A stretch of 64,000 nt of DNA from an uncultured Methanosarcinaceae archaeon (GCA_963733675.1 CAVTET010000003.1:448001-512000); one strand, 5' to 3'. Positions 1-12,066 are shown, counted from the stretch's first letter. Program-made: numbers and translations. Notes: generated by a model not told the origin, from the sequence alone.

Positions 1-986
1 CTCAGATCCAAGAAGTCCCATTAGGTAATACATCTGCAGACGGTGGAACCCGTGGAAAGCAAGTAATAGTAGGTGGTGAAAAAGCTCTTCCATTCTACTT
101 TGACGCTCCAATGCCCAACAGGAATCAGGTTACAATCGATGTTTTCGATATGCGTATCGGGCTTGCAAAAGCTGTCAAGGAAAACTATGATGAAGTCATG
201 GACAGCCCAGGAGAATGGGCAAAGAAGAACGTTGACAAGTTCAACGCCGATATGATCACTATTCACCTAATTTCAACCGATCCACTCGTAAAGGATACAT
301 CTGCAAAGGATGCAGCCAAGACCGTCGAAGAAGTTCTACAGGCTGTGGATGTGCCAATTGCGATAGGAGGTTCCGGAAATCCACAGAAGGATCCAGAAGT
401 TCTTTCAAAAGCAGCAGAGGTTTCTGAAGGCGAGCGTTGTCTCCTTGCATCTGCCAGCTTGAACCTCGACTACGCCAAGATTGCAGAGGCTGCACTAAAA
501 TATGATCACGATGTACTTTCTTGGACTCAGCTGGATATGAATGCTCAGAAGGAACTGAATAGGAAATTAATGAAGCAGTGCAATGTTCCCAGAGACAGAA
601 TCATCATGGACCCGACAACTGCAGCCCTTGGTTATGGTCTCGACTACGCCTACACAAATATGGAGCGTATCCGTCTTGCAGCCCTAATGGGTGATGATGA
701 ACTGACATTCCCGATGTCCTCAGGTACCACCAATGCATGGGGTGCCCGTGAATCATGGATGGTCGGTTCTCCATTGGGACAGGACTCTGACTGGGGTCCA
801 AGAGAATACAGAGGTCCGATTTGGGAAATCGTCACAGGTTTGTCCCTCGCAATTGCAGGGAATGATCTTTTCATGATGATGCATCCTACATCCGTAGCTG
901 TTTTGAAGCAGATAACTCAGACTCTGTTCGGTACAGTCGAAGCAGAGCCTGTTAACATTGCCAGCTGGATCGAAGCGGAGGTGTAA
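1..986 (+). CDS. cdhD: Acetyl-CoA decarbonylase/synthase (ACDS) delta subunit, 5'-partial
   Basis: Frame is open from the window start ([19 protein letters not shown]...) into the 291-aa ORF; [13 protein letters not shown] and WGARESW motifs; directly upstream of cdhE. Confidence 0.95.
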   Translation, partial: QIQEVPLGNTSADGGTRGKQVIVGGEKALPFYFDAPMPNRNQVTIDVFDMRIGLAKAVKENYDEVMDSPGEWAKKNVDKFNADMITIHLISTDPLVKDTSAKDAAKTVEEVLQAVDVPIAIGGSGNPQKDPEVLSKAAEVSEGERCLLASASLNLDYAKIAEAALKYDHDVLSWTQLDMNAQKELNRKLMKQCNVPRDRIIMDPTTAALGYGLDYAYTNMERIRLAALMGDDELTFPMSSGTTNAWGARESWMVGSPLGQDSDWGPREYRGPIWEIVTGLSLAIAGNDLFMMMHPTSVAVLKQITQTLFGTVEAEPVNIASWIEAEV

Positions 987-989
987 AAC

Positions 990-2396
990 ATGAAAATAAA
1001 TAGTCCATTAGAAGCTTACAAGTACCTCCCACAAACCAACTGTACGGAGTGTGGTGAGCCTACATGTATGGCATTCGCTTCCAAGCTGATCGACAGATCC
1101 GCCAAGCCAACAGATTGCCCCCCTCTAACCAAAGAGAAAAAGTATGCAAAGAAGCTTGCAGAACTTGACAGGCTCCTTGCTCCTGAAATTCGGGAAGTTG
1201 TCCTTGGAGTAGGTGAAAGAGCCGCTAAGATCGGTGGAGACGATGTCCTTTACCGTCACAAACTCACCTTCTTCAATAAGACAAAGATGTTCTTCGATGT
1301 AGCAGATACTATGGGAGAAGCTGAACTTGTCGAAAGAGTAAAGAAAATCGCGGACTTCAAAAAGTTCTATGTGGGACGTAACCTTCTTGTTGATGGTGTG
1401 GCAATTAGGGCCGCTTCCAACGACCCGACAAAGTTTGCTGCTGCTGTCAAGAAGGTAGCAGAAATAGGTTTGCCTATGATCTTCTGTTCTTTCAACCCTG
1501 CGGTCCTGAAAGCGGGACTTGAGGCTGCAAAGGACAAAAACCCACTGCTATACGCTGCAAACAAAGATAACTGGAAAGAAGTTGGAGAACTTGTCCTTGA
1601 GTACAAGGTTCCTGTTGTGGTCTCAGCCTTTAATGATCTCGATGCTCTTAAGACCCTTGCAAAGACCTTTGCAGAAGCAGGCATCAAGGACATTGTGCTT
1701 GATCCGGGAACCTATCCGAGCGGTAAAGGCCTAAAAGACTCTTTCACCAACTTCGTGAAAATCCGAAGAGCAGGTATTATGGGAGACACCGATATCGCAT
1801 ATCCGATCATGGCTCTTCCATTTACAGCTTGGATGGTAGGAATTGCAGATCCTGTCAGCGCCTCTTACTGGGAAACCGTGATGGCTTCAGTTTTTACCAT
1901 AAGGTATGGTGACCTAATGATCCTTCACAGCATGGAGCCATATGCCGTACTACCAGAAGTGCATCTCGCCGAGACTATCTACACCGACCCAAGGACACCT
2001 GTCTCCGTGGAAGGAGGTATGTATAAGGTTGGAGAACCTGATAAAGACTCTCCAGTGTTCTTTACCACTAACTTCGCTCTTACATATTACACTGTAGAAA
2101 GCGATATCTCAGCAAATGGCATAGTATGCTGGTTGCTTGCAGTTGACACCGATGGTATTGGTGTAGAAGCTGCTGCTGCCGGTGGTCAGTTGACTGCTGC
2201 CAAGGTAAAGGATGCCTTTGATAAGGCTGGCTTCGACCTCAAGAAAGACGTGAATCATAACACTCTTATCATTCCAGGTCTTGCAGCTCGTATTCAGGGT
2301 GACCTCGAAGATGCACTTGATGCAAAAGTCAAGGTTGGTCCAATGGACTCTGGCCGTATCCCCGGATGGATGGAGAAGAACTGGCCGCCCAAATAA
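990..2396 (+). CDS. cdhE: ACDS gamma subunit (corrinoid Fe-S protein large subunit)
   Basis: N-terminal LPQTNCTECGEPTCMAFA Fe-S motif; TTNFALTY; GGAGGTG ribosome-binding site; follows cdhD. Confidence 0.96.
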   Translation: MKINSPLEAYKYLPQTNCTECGEPTCMAFASKLIDRSAKPTDCPPLTKEKKYAKKLAELDRLLAPEIREVVLGVGERAAKIGGDDVLYRHKLTFFNKTKMFFDVADTMGEAELVERVKKIADFKKFYVGRNLLVDGVAIRAASNDPTKFAAAVKKVAEIGLPMIFCSFNPAVLKAGLEAAKDKNPLLYAANKDNWKEVGELVLEYKVPVVVSAFNDLDALKTLAKTFAEAGIKDIVLDPGTYPSGKGLKDSFTNFVKIRRAGIMGDTDIAYPIMALPFTAWMVGIADPVSASYWETVMASVFTIRYGDLMILHSMEPYAVLPEVHLAETIYTDPRTPVSVEGGMYKVGEPDKDSPVFFTTNFALTYYTVESDISANGIVCWLLAVDTDGIGVEAAAAGGQLTAAKVKDAFDKAGFDLKKDVNHNTLIIPGLAARIQGDLEDALDAKVKVGPMDSGRIPGWMEKNWPPK

Positions 2397-2448
2397 GTCA
2401 GGATGTACTTTTAAATCTGAAAATATCTGTGTCTTTTTGACACGGAAC

Positions 2449-2492
2449 TTTTTTCTTTTTTAAATGAGATTTTGTTCTTTTCTTTTAGTCAA
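2449..2492 (+). terminator. Oligo-T archaeal terminator region after the cdh operon
   Basis: Several T-runs within about 100 bp of the cdhE stop. Confidence 0.5.
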
Positions 2493-3041
2493 TTTGTAGT
2501 TTTTCAGAAAACTCCATTCCTTTGAATCTTTTGGCTCCAATCTCAGTAATAGATTTAGTAGACGTTGTTTTTGCATAAGTAATCAATACTCTTCAAAATA
2601 AATATGTTTATCAAAGAAAATATATACGGCTCAAAAGTTTTCCTCTTTTGAATTATTCTCTTTTGATATCTGGTTTCATCTTTTATATTGTGTCTTTGTA
2701 ATAAGATATCATGTATCTGTGGCAATTTACTGTGATCCCTATCAAAAGTAGGACGATGTGGTTATTATATAAATGCTTATATAACATAACTATCTATTTA
2801 TTCCTATTAACTATATATTTCTCAAAATCAATCATAATGGCATCTACTAATCAGTTGATCTTGCATTTCATCGAATGCCAGGAGTTTAGGTGCCCGCAGA
2901 TAAAATCTGTAGATTCAGCTATTTTTAAATATCATAAGTATGCTTAACATGTGAATTGCTCAAGTATCAATAGCAGGAACTTTGCTTCCTAAATATTTCT
3001 TAAATTTACTACTCCAAGAAGATTATTAATAAGGATTACAG

Positions 3042-4088
3042 ATGAATTCAGTCACATGCCCGAAATGTGGGATAGAATGTAGTAAACTTTTTAATTTTGT
3101 TTGCAGGGACTGTTTTTTTGAAACCTTCAAACTTATTGAACTGCCACTTATTCTACATGTAAGTATATGCTCAAATTGCGGAGCATATTTTCATAAGAGC
3201 AGGTGGGAAAATATTGGCAAGATAGAGTATGTCCTGCGAAGTGTTGTAGAAAATGTCCTTCTAATCCACATTGAAGCAAAAGATGTGAAGGTATCTCTCG
3301 AACCCAAAGAGATTACGCCTTATGTATACATAGTAAGGGTTGAGGCTGATGCAGTGATCAATGAAGAACTCGTCCATGCAGTGGGTGAAACTGAAGTACG
3401 GATCCAGCGAAAGGCATGCGATATGTGTAGCAGGGAGTCAGGAGGATACTTTGAAGCCATTATCCAGATCAGAGCAGCAGGTAGATTCCCAACTTACGAG
3501 GAAAAAAGGCGTTGTTCTGTCATCTCTAGGGAAGTCATAGAGAGCATGAAGAAAAAAGGGGACCGCCTTGCATTTATAAGTGAAATCCGAGAAATGAAAG
3601 AAGGGCTAGATCTTTATATAGGGTCTATGAATGTTGGTCGGCAGGTCTGTCGCTTAATCACCTCTAAATTGGGTGGCAGCTTTGCCGAATCTCCTACTCT
3701 TATAGGAATGAGAGACGGTAAAAATATTTATAGAATTACTTTTGCAATTCATCTTCCTGAGTTCAGCCCAGGAGATGTGGTCATGTTTACAGGAAAGATT
3801 ATACATATCAAAAGTTCCGGAAAAAAGGTTAATGGAATTTCTCTTGAGGATGGCTCCAGATTCATTTCAACCCCTGAGGAACTGAAAGGTGCAGAAAAAG
3901 TAGCTAATATAGAGGATGCGGTTTTGACAGTACTGGTTTCAATAGAAAAAAATGCAATTCTAGTACTTGATCCTGATAGCTATGAGACTGTGGCTATAAA
4001 GAAACCTTTATCATTCCGTGCTGATGCAGGTAGTGAAATCCCCGTCCTGAAAACTCCTTATGGAATCTTTGCTCTGATACGTTCATAG
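3042..4088 (+). CDS. NMD3-family ribosome-associated protein
   Basis: Four CxxC pairs and the CDMCSRESGGYFEAIIQIR motif typical of archaeal NMD3. Confidence 0.88.
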   Translation: MNSVTCPKCGIECSKLFNFVCRDCFFETFKLIELPLILHVSICSNCGAYFHKSRWENIGKIEYVLRSVVENVLLIHIEAKDVKVSLEPKEITPYVYIVRVEADAVINEELVHAVGETEVRIQRKACDMCSRESGGYFEAIIQIRAAGRFPTYEEKRRCSVISREVIESMKKKGDRLAFISEIREMKEGLDLYIGSMNVGRQVCRLITSKLGGSFAESPTLIGMRDGKNIYRITFAIHLPEFSPGDVVMFTGKIIHIKSSGKKVNGISLEDGSRFISTPEELKGAEKVANIEDAVLTVLVSIEKNAILVLDPDSYETVAIKKPLSFRADAGSEIPVLKTPYGIFALIRS

Positions 4089-4123
4089 ATTCTAGCAAAC
4101 AAAATTGAAACAGTAGAGGATGA

Positions 4124-5302
4124 ATGCAGAATATTCTTGTAATCGGATTTAGTACCCGAAATATTGTATGCTCTGCGAGGAGAGCAGGCTATAATGTTTA
4201 TTCTATCGATGCATTTCGTGATCATGACCTGCAAAAATGTGCAAATGGTTCGGCTTTTCTTGAATTCAGAACTGCAAAAAAATTGCAGCAACTTGATTTT
4301 TCTAAGATAAAGGTTAAAATGGATTCATTTGAGCTGAAGTTTGATGCCATTGTACCGGGTTCGGGTATGGGAATGGTTGATTACAATAGTTTTCCCTGCC
4401 CCTTTCTTGCCAGCTCTCCAGATGCCTTGCAGAAAGCTTCAGATAAGCTGTACCTTTCCAAAAGGCTTGATGCCCTTGGTATCTCTCACCCTCATTGCTA
4501 TTCTCCTGAAGAATTAGATACAATCGAATGTCCAGTCATAATTAAACCCGCCTTAGGTGGGGGAGGAACCCTCAATAGGATTGCCAAGAGCAGACAGGAG
4601 ATTCTATCTATACTCGATGAGTTATTCGGTTTGAATCCGGAACTCACTGATCAGACAGTCATTATTCAAGATTTTGTGGAAGGTATTCCTACAAGTGTCT
4701 CTTTGCTTTCCACAAAGAATGAAGCTCTTTCAGTAGCTGTTAATGAACAGCTAATAGGTATATCTTGGCTTTCGAGGCTTCCCTTTGCCTATTGTGGGAA
4801 TATAACTCCTTTTAGGACTGAGCAAGCAGAAGAAATGGAAGCACTTGCTGAAGATCTGGTTCTCCGATTTAAGCTACTGGGCTCAAATGGAGTGGACTTT
4901 ATGTTCACGGAAAATGGGCCTGTAGTGCTTGAGATAAACCCAAGATTCCAGGGAAGTCTCGATACTGTTGAGAAGGTAATGGATATTAATCTCTTTGGAG
5001 CTCACGTTGACTGCTTCAGGGGAGATCTCCCAGACAAACCGAATGCGAAATGTTTTGCTGCAAGAGGGATTTTTTTCTCAGATCGGGAACTTTTTATAGA
5101 TCGAGAGCTCATGGACATCATTATTAAGGAAAAATGCGCAGACATCCCTCCCCAAGGAACTGTTGTAAAGCCTGAATGGCCTCTCACTTCCCTGTTTTCA
5201 TGCACCTCTACTAGGGAAGATGCAGTCCTGTCCCTTGAAAGGGGGGCAAAAAGGATAGATACTTTTATTGAAAATCAAACGAAATATAGAGGCAATAACT
5301 GA
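4124..5302 (+). CDS. ATP-grasp domain protein
   Basis: IIKPALGGGG, IQDFVEG, GVDF and VLEINPRFQGS motifs. Confidence 0.85.
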   Translation: MQNILVIGFSTRNIVCSARRAGYNVYSIDAFRDHDLQKCANGSAFLEFRTAKKLQQLDFSKIKVKMDSFELKFDAIVPGSGMGMVDYNSFPCPFLASSPDALQKASDKLYLSKRLDALGISHPHCYSPEELDTIECPVIIKPALGGGGTLNRIAKSRQEILSILDELFGLNPELTDQTVIIQDFVEGIPTSVSLLSTKNEALSVAVNEQLIGISWLSRLPFAYCGNITPFRTEQAEEMEALAEDLVLRFKLLGSNGVDFMFTENGPVVLEINPRFQGSLDTVEKVMDINLFGAHVDCFRGDLPDKPNAKCFAARGIFFSDRELFIDRELMDIIIKEKCADIPPQGTVVKPEWPLTSLFSCTSTREDAVLSLERGAKRIDTFIENQTKYRGNN

Positions 5303-5425
5303 GCCTTGTTGGAAGAATGTAAAATTCAATCTTTCTGAAGTTTTAATTTTCCGGACCATGTAAGTTTCTGGAAAGCGAAATACAAACTTTAATACAGATG
5401 TGTGCAATTCATATAGGGATTTAAG

Positions 5426-5929
5426 GTGAATACGTTGGTCGAATTTAATGACAAGGTAATTAGCGGATACCTCACGAGCCTTGTAGGGGAAGAGGGGCTC
5501 AAAATGATAGGAGATATGCCCGAAGGCGATGTTACGGATGAAGAGATCGCGGCAAAGAGTGAAGTTCTGCTGAACACTGTAAGAAGAACTCTTTTTATAC
5601 TTTACGAAAATAAATTCGCGATCTGCCGTAGGGAGAGAGATTCAAACAGCGGATGGTTGACATATCTCTGGCATCTGGACTTTTCTGACATAGAGCATCA
5701 GCTTATGAGGGAAAAGAAAAAACTTCTTAGAAATTTAAAGGTCCGCTTCGAATTTGAGGAAAACAATGTTTTCTATATGTGCCCTCAAGGTTGTGCTCGC
5801 CTTCTTTTTAACGAAGCTACAGAAACTGAATTTCTCTGCCCTATGTGTGGAGAAGACCTGGCTTACTATGACAACTCTCTTTTTGTAGGAGTCCTGAAGA
5901 AACGCGTAGACGACCTTAGTTCGACATAG
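5426..5929 (+). CDS. tfe: Transcription factor E (TFE alpha)
   Basis: Winged helix VTDEEIA...LNTVRRTLFILYE, SGWLTYLW, Zn ribbon CP..C/CPMCG. Confidence 0.93.
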   Translation: MNTLVEFNDKVISGYLTSLVGEEGLKMIGDMPEGDVTDEEIAAKSEVLLNTVRRTLFILYENKFAICRRERDSNSGWLTYLWHLDFSDIEHQLMREKKKLLRNLKVRFEFEENNVFYMCPQGCARLLFNEATETEFLCPMCGEDLAYYDNSLFVGVLKKRVDDLSST

Positions 5930-5939
5930 GAGATCTGTC

Positions 5940-6452
5940 TTGATCACTAGAGCAGAAGCTATAAAATTGCTCGAAGAAACAGGATGTGCTTCTAATGTTA
6001 TCGAGCACTGTGAAGAAGTTGCCTCTCTCGCATATGAGATTGCAGATAAAGTAAAGGCAAAAGGACATGAAATAAACCCTGAGCTAGCCTATTTAGGGGC
6101 TTTGCTACACGATTTTGGGAGATGTTATACTCACGAAATCTCTCATGCTGTAGAAGGTTTCGAGCTGGCTAAAGCCAGAGGAATAGATTCAGAAGTTTCC
6201 GAAATAATCAAAAGGCATATTGGAGCGGGAATATCTAAAGAAGAGGCAAGGCATTTAGGGCTTCCGGAGGATGATTATTTCCCACGCAGCCTTGAAGAAA
6301 AAATCGTTGCCCATGCAGATAATCTCGTTAAGGGAACTAAGAGGATTACCATAGAGGAGAGAATGGCACTAATGCGTAGAAACAAAGCATCAAAGAAAGT
6401 GATTAAGAGGGTTAAAAAACTCGCGGAAGAAGTAGATGGACTTTATAACTAA
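5940..6452 (+). CDS. HD-domain metal-dependent phosphohydrolase (TIGR00295-like)
   Basis: GALLHDFG, RHIGAG and EEKIVAHADNL motifs; directly downstream of tfe. Confidence 0.88.
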   Translation: MITRAEAIKLLEETGCASNVIEHCEEVASLAYEIADKVKAKGHEINPELAYLGALLHDFGRCYTHEISHAVEGFELAKARGIDSEVSEIIKRHIGAGISKEEARHLGLPEDDYFPRSLEEKIVAHADNLVKGTKRITIEERMALMRRNKASKKVIKRVKKLAEEVDGLYN

Positions 6453-6565
6453 ATTCTGGATCTTTTAGGTAATATGGAAAGATGGATACTTGAATTAAAA
6501 AGAAACGAATGTTGTTCCAAATCTTCTTTTTAATTAAACTGCAAACGCATTTAGTAAAACAAAGG

Positions 6566-6583
6566 CGGAAAACTTATATATAG
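6566..6583 (+). promoter_or_regulatory. Putative BRE/TATA promoter for psmB
   Basis: CGGAAAA followed by CTTATATATA about 120 bp upstream of psmB. Confidence 0.45.
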
Positions 6584-6698
6584 CAATATTAATAATGGGA
6601 TAATGGATTGCTAAATTTTGTGATTTAAGCTAAAAATTCTCACCTCACTAAAACATTTTTTAGCGACATTTTCTCATTTTTTAACTTATTATGAGGGT

Positions 6699-7337
6699 AT
6701 GTTTATGGATAATAATGAATATTTAAAGGGCACAACTACCGTAGGAGTAGTTTGTACAGACGGTATAGTCCTCGCAAGCGAACAGAGAGCCACAATGGGG
6801 AATTTCATCGCAAGTAAAACCGCAAAGAAGGTTTATCAGATCGATGACCTTGTAGGAATGACAACTGCTGGTTCTGTAGGGGATGCCCAGCAACTTGTGC
6901 GGCTCGTAAATGTGGAATCACAACTCTACAAGATGCGCAGGAATGAATCCATGACAATCAAAGGAATTGCAACTCTAATGGCAAATTTCTTAAATGCCAA
7001 CCGTTACTACCCTATGATGGTCCAACTTCTGATAGGTGGAGTTGACAAACACGGCCCTGGTATTTACTCACTGGATCCTCTTGGCGGAAGCATCGAAGAA
7101 ACAAGGGTCTCAGCTACTGGTTCTGGTTCTCCCATGGCATATGGAATACTTGAAGATCAGTATAGGGAAGATATGACTGTTAAGGAGGGCCTTAATCTAA
7201 CTATCCGGGCTATCCATAATGCAACTAAAAGGGATTCAGCGTCGGGAGAAAATATTGATGTAGTGGTAATTACGAAGGAGACATTCAAAAGGCTGGATCC
7301 CGAAGAAGTAAAATCCATAAGAGCTTCGTTAAACTAA
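6699..7337 (+). CDS. psmB: Proteasome beta subunit
   Basis: Propeptide then GTTTVG (catalytic Thr); ATGSGS; RDSASG. Confidence 0.96.
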   Translation: MFMDNNEYLKGTTTVGVVCTDGIVLASEQRATMGNFIASKTAKKVYQIDDLVGMTTAGSVGDAQQLVRLVNVESQLYKMRRNESMTIKGIATLMANFLNANRYYPMMVQLLIGGVDKHGPGIYSLDPLGGSIEETRVSATGSGSPMAYGILEDQYREDMTVKEGLNLTIRAIHNATKRDSASGENIDVVVITKETFKRLDPEEVKSIRASLN

Positions 7338-7446
7338 ATAATTTAAATTGTTGGTTTTTTTATTAAGATTAAACTAACATCTTTTTCAACCTATTATTTT
7401 TTCAATATATACTTTTCCATTTTTTTGACAAAAAGGAAGATTCTTA

Positions 7447-9360
7447 ATGCCTATTGAAGACGTGCTATTAGACCTCAAGCATAAAATTGAGAAAAATCTA
7501 CCCGAAGGAGTTACAATTACAGACGTCGAATTTGAAGGGCCTCAACTTGTGTTATACACTGAAGAGCCCCGTAAATTCGCAGATGACGGGAACATTATCC
7601 GTAATCTAGCAAAAGAACTCAGAACGCGTATTGCCATGCGTCCAGATCCAAGAGTTCTTGCAACTCCTGAAGACTCTATTTCTATAATCGAAGACGTTGT
7701 TCCTAAAGAATCAGGGATCTCGAGCTACTATTTTGACCCTGACTCCGGCGAAGTTATCGTTGAAGCTGAAAAGCCTGGCCTTGTCATAGGAAAACATGGA
7801 GCAACCCTAAGGGACATCACAAAACAAATTGGCTGGATTCCAAAAGTTGTTCGGACCCCTCCCATCAAATCCCGTACAGTAAAAAATATTCGTGAGTTCA
7901 TGAGGAACAATCTTAAGGAAAGAAAAGAAATCCTTAAATCTGTGGGGAGAAAAATTCATAAAGAGTGCACATCAAAAGATCAATGGGTGAGGATCACATC
8001 TCTTGGGGGGTGCAAAGAAGTTGGAAGGAGTTGTTTTCTACTCTCTACCCCTGAGTCAAGAATTATGATTGACTGCGGAGTCAATATAGGCTCGGACGAA
8101 AACATGACTCCTTATCTCTATGTTCCTGAAGTTTTTCCCTTGAATCAGATAGATGCCGTAGTAGTTACTCATGCTCATCTGGATCATCAGGGGCTTATTC
8201 CTCTGCTTTTCAAATATGGATATGAAGGACCTATATATTGCACACCTCCGACAAGGGACCTGATGGTATTGTTACAGCTCGATTATATTGATGTGGCGGC
8301 AAAAGAGGGAAAAAAGATTCCTTACGAGTCTGGGATGGTAGCAAAAACCCTAAAGCATACAATTCCTCTGGACTATGAGGAAGTAACAGATATTGCTCCA
8401 GATATCAAATTGACTTTTCATAATGCAGGTCATATCTTAGGTTCTGCAATTTCCCATTTCCATATCGGAGACGGGCTTCATAATGTAGTTATTACTGGTG
8501 ACTACAAGTATGAGAAAACCAGGCTTTTCGACCCTGCTGTTAATAGGTTCCCTCGAGTTGAAACAGTTATCAGTGAAGCTACTTATGGGAATTCGAACGC
8601 ATTTCAGCCTGCACTTAAGGACGCAGAAAGGCACTTGCAGATGGTAGTCAAGAATACCGTGGAACGAGGGGGAATTGCCCTCATTCCAGCTTTTTCTGTG
8701 GGTAGAAGCCAGGAGGTAATGATAGTACTCGAGGAGTCAATAAAGAAAGGTTTGATCCCTGAAGTGCCGGTCTACCTTGATGGCATGATCTGGGAGGCTA
8801 CAGCAATCCACGCGACACATCCCGAGTACCTAAACAATGATTTGAGGAAGTTGATTTTCCAGAAAGGTCAAAATCCCTTCCTATCCGATTGTTTTAAGCC
8901 CGTTGACTCTCATGAGGCACGTCAGAAGATAATCCAGAACCCACATTCTTGTGTAATTCTTTCAACCTCAGGCATGATGAATGGAGGACCTGTTATGGAC
9001 TATTTCAGAAACTTCGCCGAAGATCCACATAATACTCTTGTATTTGTAGGGTATCAGGCGGATGGGACAATCGGACGCAGGATCCAGAAAGGATGGAAGG
9101 AGATCCCGATGACAGGAAAGAACGGGAGTACTGAGATTCTGAAAATGAACATGGAAGTTCAGGTAGTAGACGGCTTCTCTGGTCACTCAGACAGAGCGCA
9201 ACTTATGGATTACGTCAAAAGGATGCAGCCACGTCCTGAAAGAGTATTTACCGAACATGGGGATGAAAAGGCTTGTGTTGACCTTGCAAGTTCGATTTAC
9301 AAGAAACTCAAGATTGAAACTCGGGCTCTCACAAATCTGGAGACCGTACGGTTACTGTGA
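7447..9360 (+). CDS. fttA: aCPSF1/FttA beta-CASP ribonuclease with N-terminal KH domains (transcription termination factor)
   Basis: KH motif GLVIGKHG, HAHLDH metallo-beta-lactamase motif, GHILGS, GFSGHSD; adjacent to psmB. Confidence 0.93.
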   Translation: MPIEDVLLDLKHKIEKNLPEGVTITDVEFEGPQLVLYTEEPRKFADDGNIIRNLAKELRTRIAMRPDPRVLATPEDSISIIEDVVPKESGISSYYFDPDSGEVIVEAEKPGLVIGKHGATLRDITKQIGWIPKVVRTPPIKSRTVKNIREFMRNNLKERKEILKSVGRKIHKECTSKDQWVRITSLGGCKEVGRSCFLLSTPESRIMIDCGVNIGSDENMTPYLYVPEVFPLNQIDAVVVTHAHLDHQGLIPLLFKYGYEGPIYCTPPTRDLMVLLQLDYIDVAAKEGKKIPYESGMVAKTLKHTIPLDYEEVTDIAPDIKLTFHNAGHILGSAISHFHIGDGLHNVVITGDYKYEKTRLFDPAVNRFPRVETVISEATYGNSNAFQPALKDAERHLQMVVKNTVERGGIALIPAFSVGRSQEVMIVLEESIKKGLIPEVPVYLDGMIWEATAIHATHPEYLNNDLRKLIFQKGQNPFLSDCFKPVDSHEARQKIIQNPHSCVILSTSGMMNGGPVMDYFRNFAEDPHNTLVFVGYQADGTIGRRIQKGWKEIPMTGKNGSTEILKMNMEVQVVDGFSGHSDRAQLMDYVKRMQPRPERVFTEHGDEKACVDLASSIYKKLKIETRALTNLETVRLL

Positions 9361-9409
9361 CTACCTAAGGCCTTCAAAATCGTTTTTTTGAAGAAAAAAT
9401 CTCCTTATT

Positions 9410-10060
9410 TTCATGTCCTAAAAGTAGATTCAAGATCTAGGAGGTATTCTATCAATTTTTTGTCGCTAGCTACTACAAGATTTACTCTACCAAGCTGTAA
9501 AGGCTCTAGTATGTAGGAACTCTTATGAATAAATTTCAGCTTTTTTGTAGTCTCTAACCGAAATGACATTTTCAATGATTATATAATTTTTTCATCTGAC
9601 TTTTAGAAGCTCTAGTGCTTTTGTAAAAGGATATGTACAAGGTTTTGAGTTTGTAACTTCCTCTCCTTTGTTCACAGTGTCAAATGTTCCTGGTAAAAGT
9701 TGATTGACGGTACTGTGAAAAATACAAACTTCTTAACCAGATACTACCAAAGGTAGGAGATGTTTTTAAGCAGTTCAAAACATTCAATAAGTTCCTCAAA
9801 AGCCTTAAATTTGAAAATTAATTTACATTATTTCATTTCGATCAATGTAATTTTTTGCAAAATCATATGCATCAGCTCTTTTCTGGATTTTAAGATCTAA
9901 AGAGGAAGACCACTATTAGGATTTTTAACTCTCGATTGCTTAAATGTCCTCATCCTTGATTTCTGTATCCATATCAATTTTTTTTTTGAGGTTATTGCAT
10001 AAGAGCATAGAATCGAGGAGAAAACTATCCGCATAAAGAATTAATTTTTTAATACATTTC
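9410..10060 (-). pseudogene. Heavily decayed HAD-family phosphatase
   Basis: Minus-strand fragments read L-I-L-Y-A-D-S-F-L-L-D-S-M (degenerate DxDGV.VDSM), EIKDEDI*AIE, NPNSGLPL, VTNSKP..PFTKALELL, IIENV; many stops and frameshifts. Confidence 0.6.
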
Positions 10061-10108
10061 TAGCTCCAAAATTAAGAACTAAGTGATTTTTGGTCTTTTT
10101 ATTTCAGT

Positions 10109-10715
10109 CGAATACCCCGCAGCTTGCTGCGGGGATGGAAAACTTCCCCGATAACCGTTGTTAAATAATAAATTTATATTTTTTGCTACATTTGTACTGT
10201 AAATGGAACTAAGACGTGCAAACCATTGTGTATATAAAATAAGATATCACATGGTTTTTTGTTTGAAGTACCGTAAAAATCTTTTTTTAGGGACAGAACT
10301 CATCAACTTTTTAAAAAACTTATGCTTTGAAATTAGTGAAAGATACCGTTTTGAGTTTGATGCAATTGGTAGTGATGGTGATCATGTACTCTTTTTGCTG
10401 GAGCTGAACCAAAGTATTCTCCTTCAAAAGTCATGCAAATTATAAAAAGTATTATAGCAAGACAAATTTTTAAACAATACCCTGAAATCAAAAAACAGCT
10501 TTAGGGTGGTGAACTGTGGATTGATGGAGATTACATTGGAACTATAGAAGATGGAACAACTTCAGAAGTTATCAAAAACTATGTTGAAAATCAGGGAAAC
10601 AGGGAAGAAAAAGGAGCATATCAGCAAATGAACATACTCGATTTTTAATAGGCATTACAACCAGAGCGGTGGCGCGAACATACCCAGTTGCTTGCAGCGG
10701 GGTGCGCCAGCACAA
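10109..10715 (+). mobile_element. IS200-type element (IS200/IS605 family, tnpA only)
   Basis: Subterminal hairpin CCCCGCAGC-TT-GCTGCGGGG at 10115-10134 and a degenerate copy at 10683-10702 flank a tnpA frame. Confidence 0.85.
10203..10648 (+). pseudogene. tnpA: IS200 HUH (Y1) transposase, frameshifted and with an internal amber codon
   Basis: YKIRYHMVFCLKYRK start; frameshift near 10390 destroys the second His of DHVH; continues AEPKYSPSKVMQIIKS...QL*(TAG 10502)GGELW...NYVENQG to TAA 10646-10648. Confidence 0.88.
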
Positions 10716-10904
10716 CTTTGATTAGTTACTGAAAATCATGGATGTAGGATTCTCTACATTTTCCTTAAACTCAGTAATATCTTCTTTTTTTAGAATTGAT
10801 CAATAATTAATGACATTGAAAACAAAAGGAGTATTTTAAGTAGCAGAAGTTATCTTTGAAATCAAAGAAAAATGAACAATAAAAGAAAAAGATGGTAGAA
10901 TGCA

Positions 10905-11420
10905 AAGATTAGGTGGAAATATTTGGGCAGAGTTCCCGTAGAAAAAAATTAGAGTCATGTCGGCATGAACTTCAATTTATTAAATAGGCAATCTCTAGAA
11001 TTATCCTTTAGGAGATAAGCTTGCCTAATGACTTGAAGTTGTTCCGGAAGTATACCAATTAGCAGATAGATCTTACAATGTGAGCATCACAAAGAGAGAA
11101 TCAAAAGTAGCAAGGTTTGTTCTGATACAGATTACTCGTGGCATCAAGAAAGAAAAGTAGCAAATTTAATTTTTTTTAAAACAAAGTAAATCTCAATTGA
11201 ACATGTAAAAGCAATTATTGATTTAGGAAGGAAAGTGTCACACTTATATTGCATCTGGTTACAGATGATGAGATCAACGAAGATGAAATAGGAATTGAAA
11301 GGAAGGAATTAAAAAAAGGAAGATTGTTAAAACAGGTAATTTCCGGTTGATGAACATTTAAAAATAATTAGTGGAATAATTATAATTTGGGGAAATAGGA
11401 AGTTAAGAGTGTATATGGTG
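10905..11420 (+). pseudogene. IS110-family transposase remnant (C-terminal half)
   Basis: Reads GDKLA**LEVVPEVYQLADRSYNVSITKRESKVAR...HVKAIIDLGRK, matching the IS110 C-terminal pattern GL.P.VYQS...G.ITK.GS..AR and KA..ALARK; multiple lesions. Confidence 0.65.
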
Positions 11421-12066
11421 AAGATAATCTCATGTATTTTGTTCTAAATTGAGTAAGCGCCTCGAAATTTCAGGATAATACCAAAATGTTTTTAAGAGGA
11501 GAATTCTAGTTAAAAGTAATAATATAAACAGTATCATTAAATAACATAAAGTTCAACTCAAAAGTCATTATGAAAGTGTATTACATTGATCATATTACTC
11601 AATACTTTAATGTGATCATGGCATCAAGCGTAAATAGAAACCAAAATCTAAATGTTGCCCTGACTCAAATAATTAGCAGAGCTTTATTGAAAAATAAGGT
11701 CTTTATGAATATAATGATGCAACGGTTATATTAAATATATCCTTACTGTATATAAAAGTTATGACACTTATCATCTTTCCTGTTTGATACCTAGTGATAA
11801 ACAAAGGAAAAAAGTCGATATATGAGATTTATGGGTGCCATATTTAAACTTGATATATACTTTAAAAACACTGTTTAAATATGTCCGAAATGTTTAAGTT
11901 CAGAAGAGTACCAACTTATTAAAGATAACGGATAAAAAAATTTGTTAAGTTTACTGGTTATCTCTCAATTCTGCTTAAAAGCAATAACAGGTATGTACCC
12001 CCTATTTTAAGGGTGGGAAGTCAAAATAGCATATCTATTAGACACAAATTCAGTTGAGGGGATTGA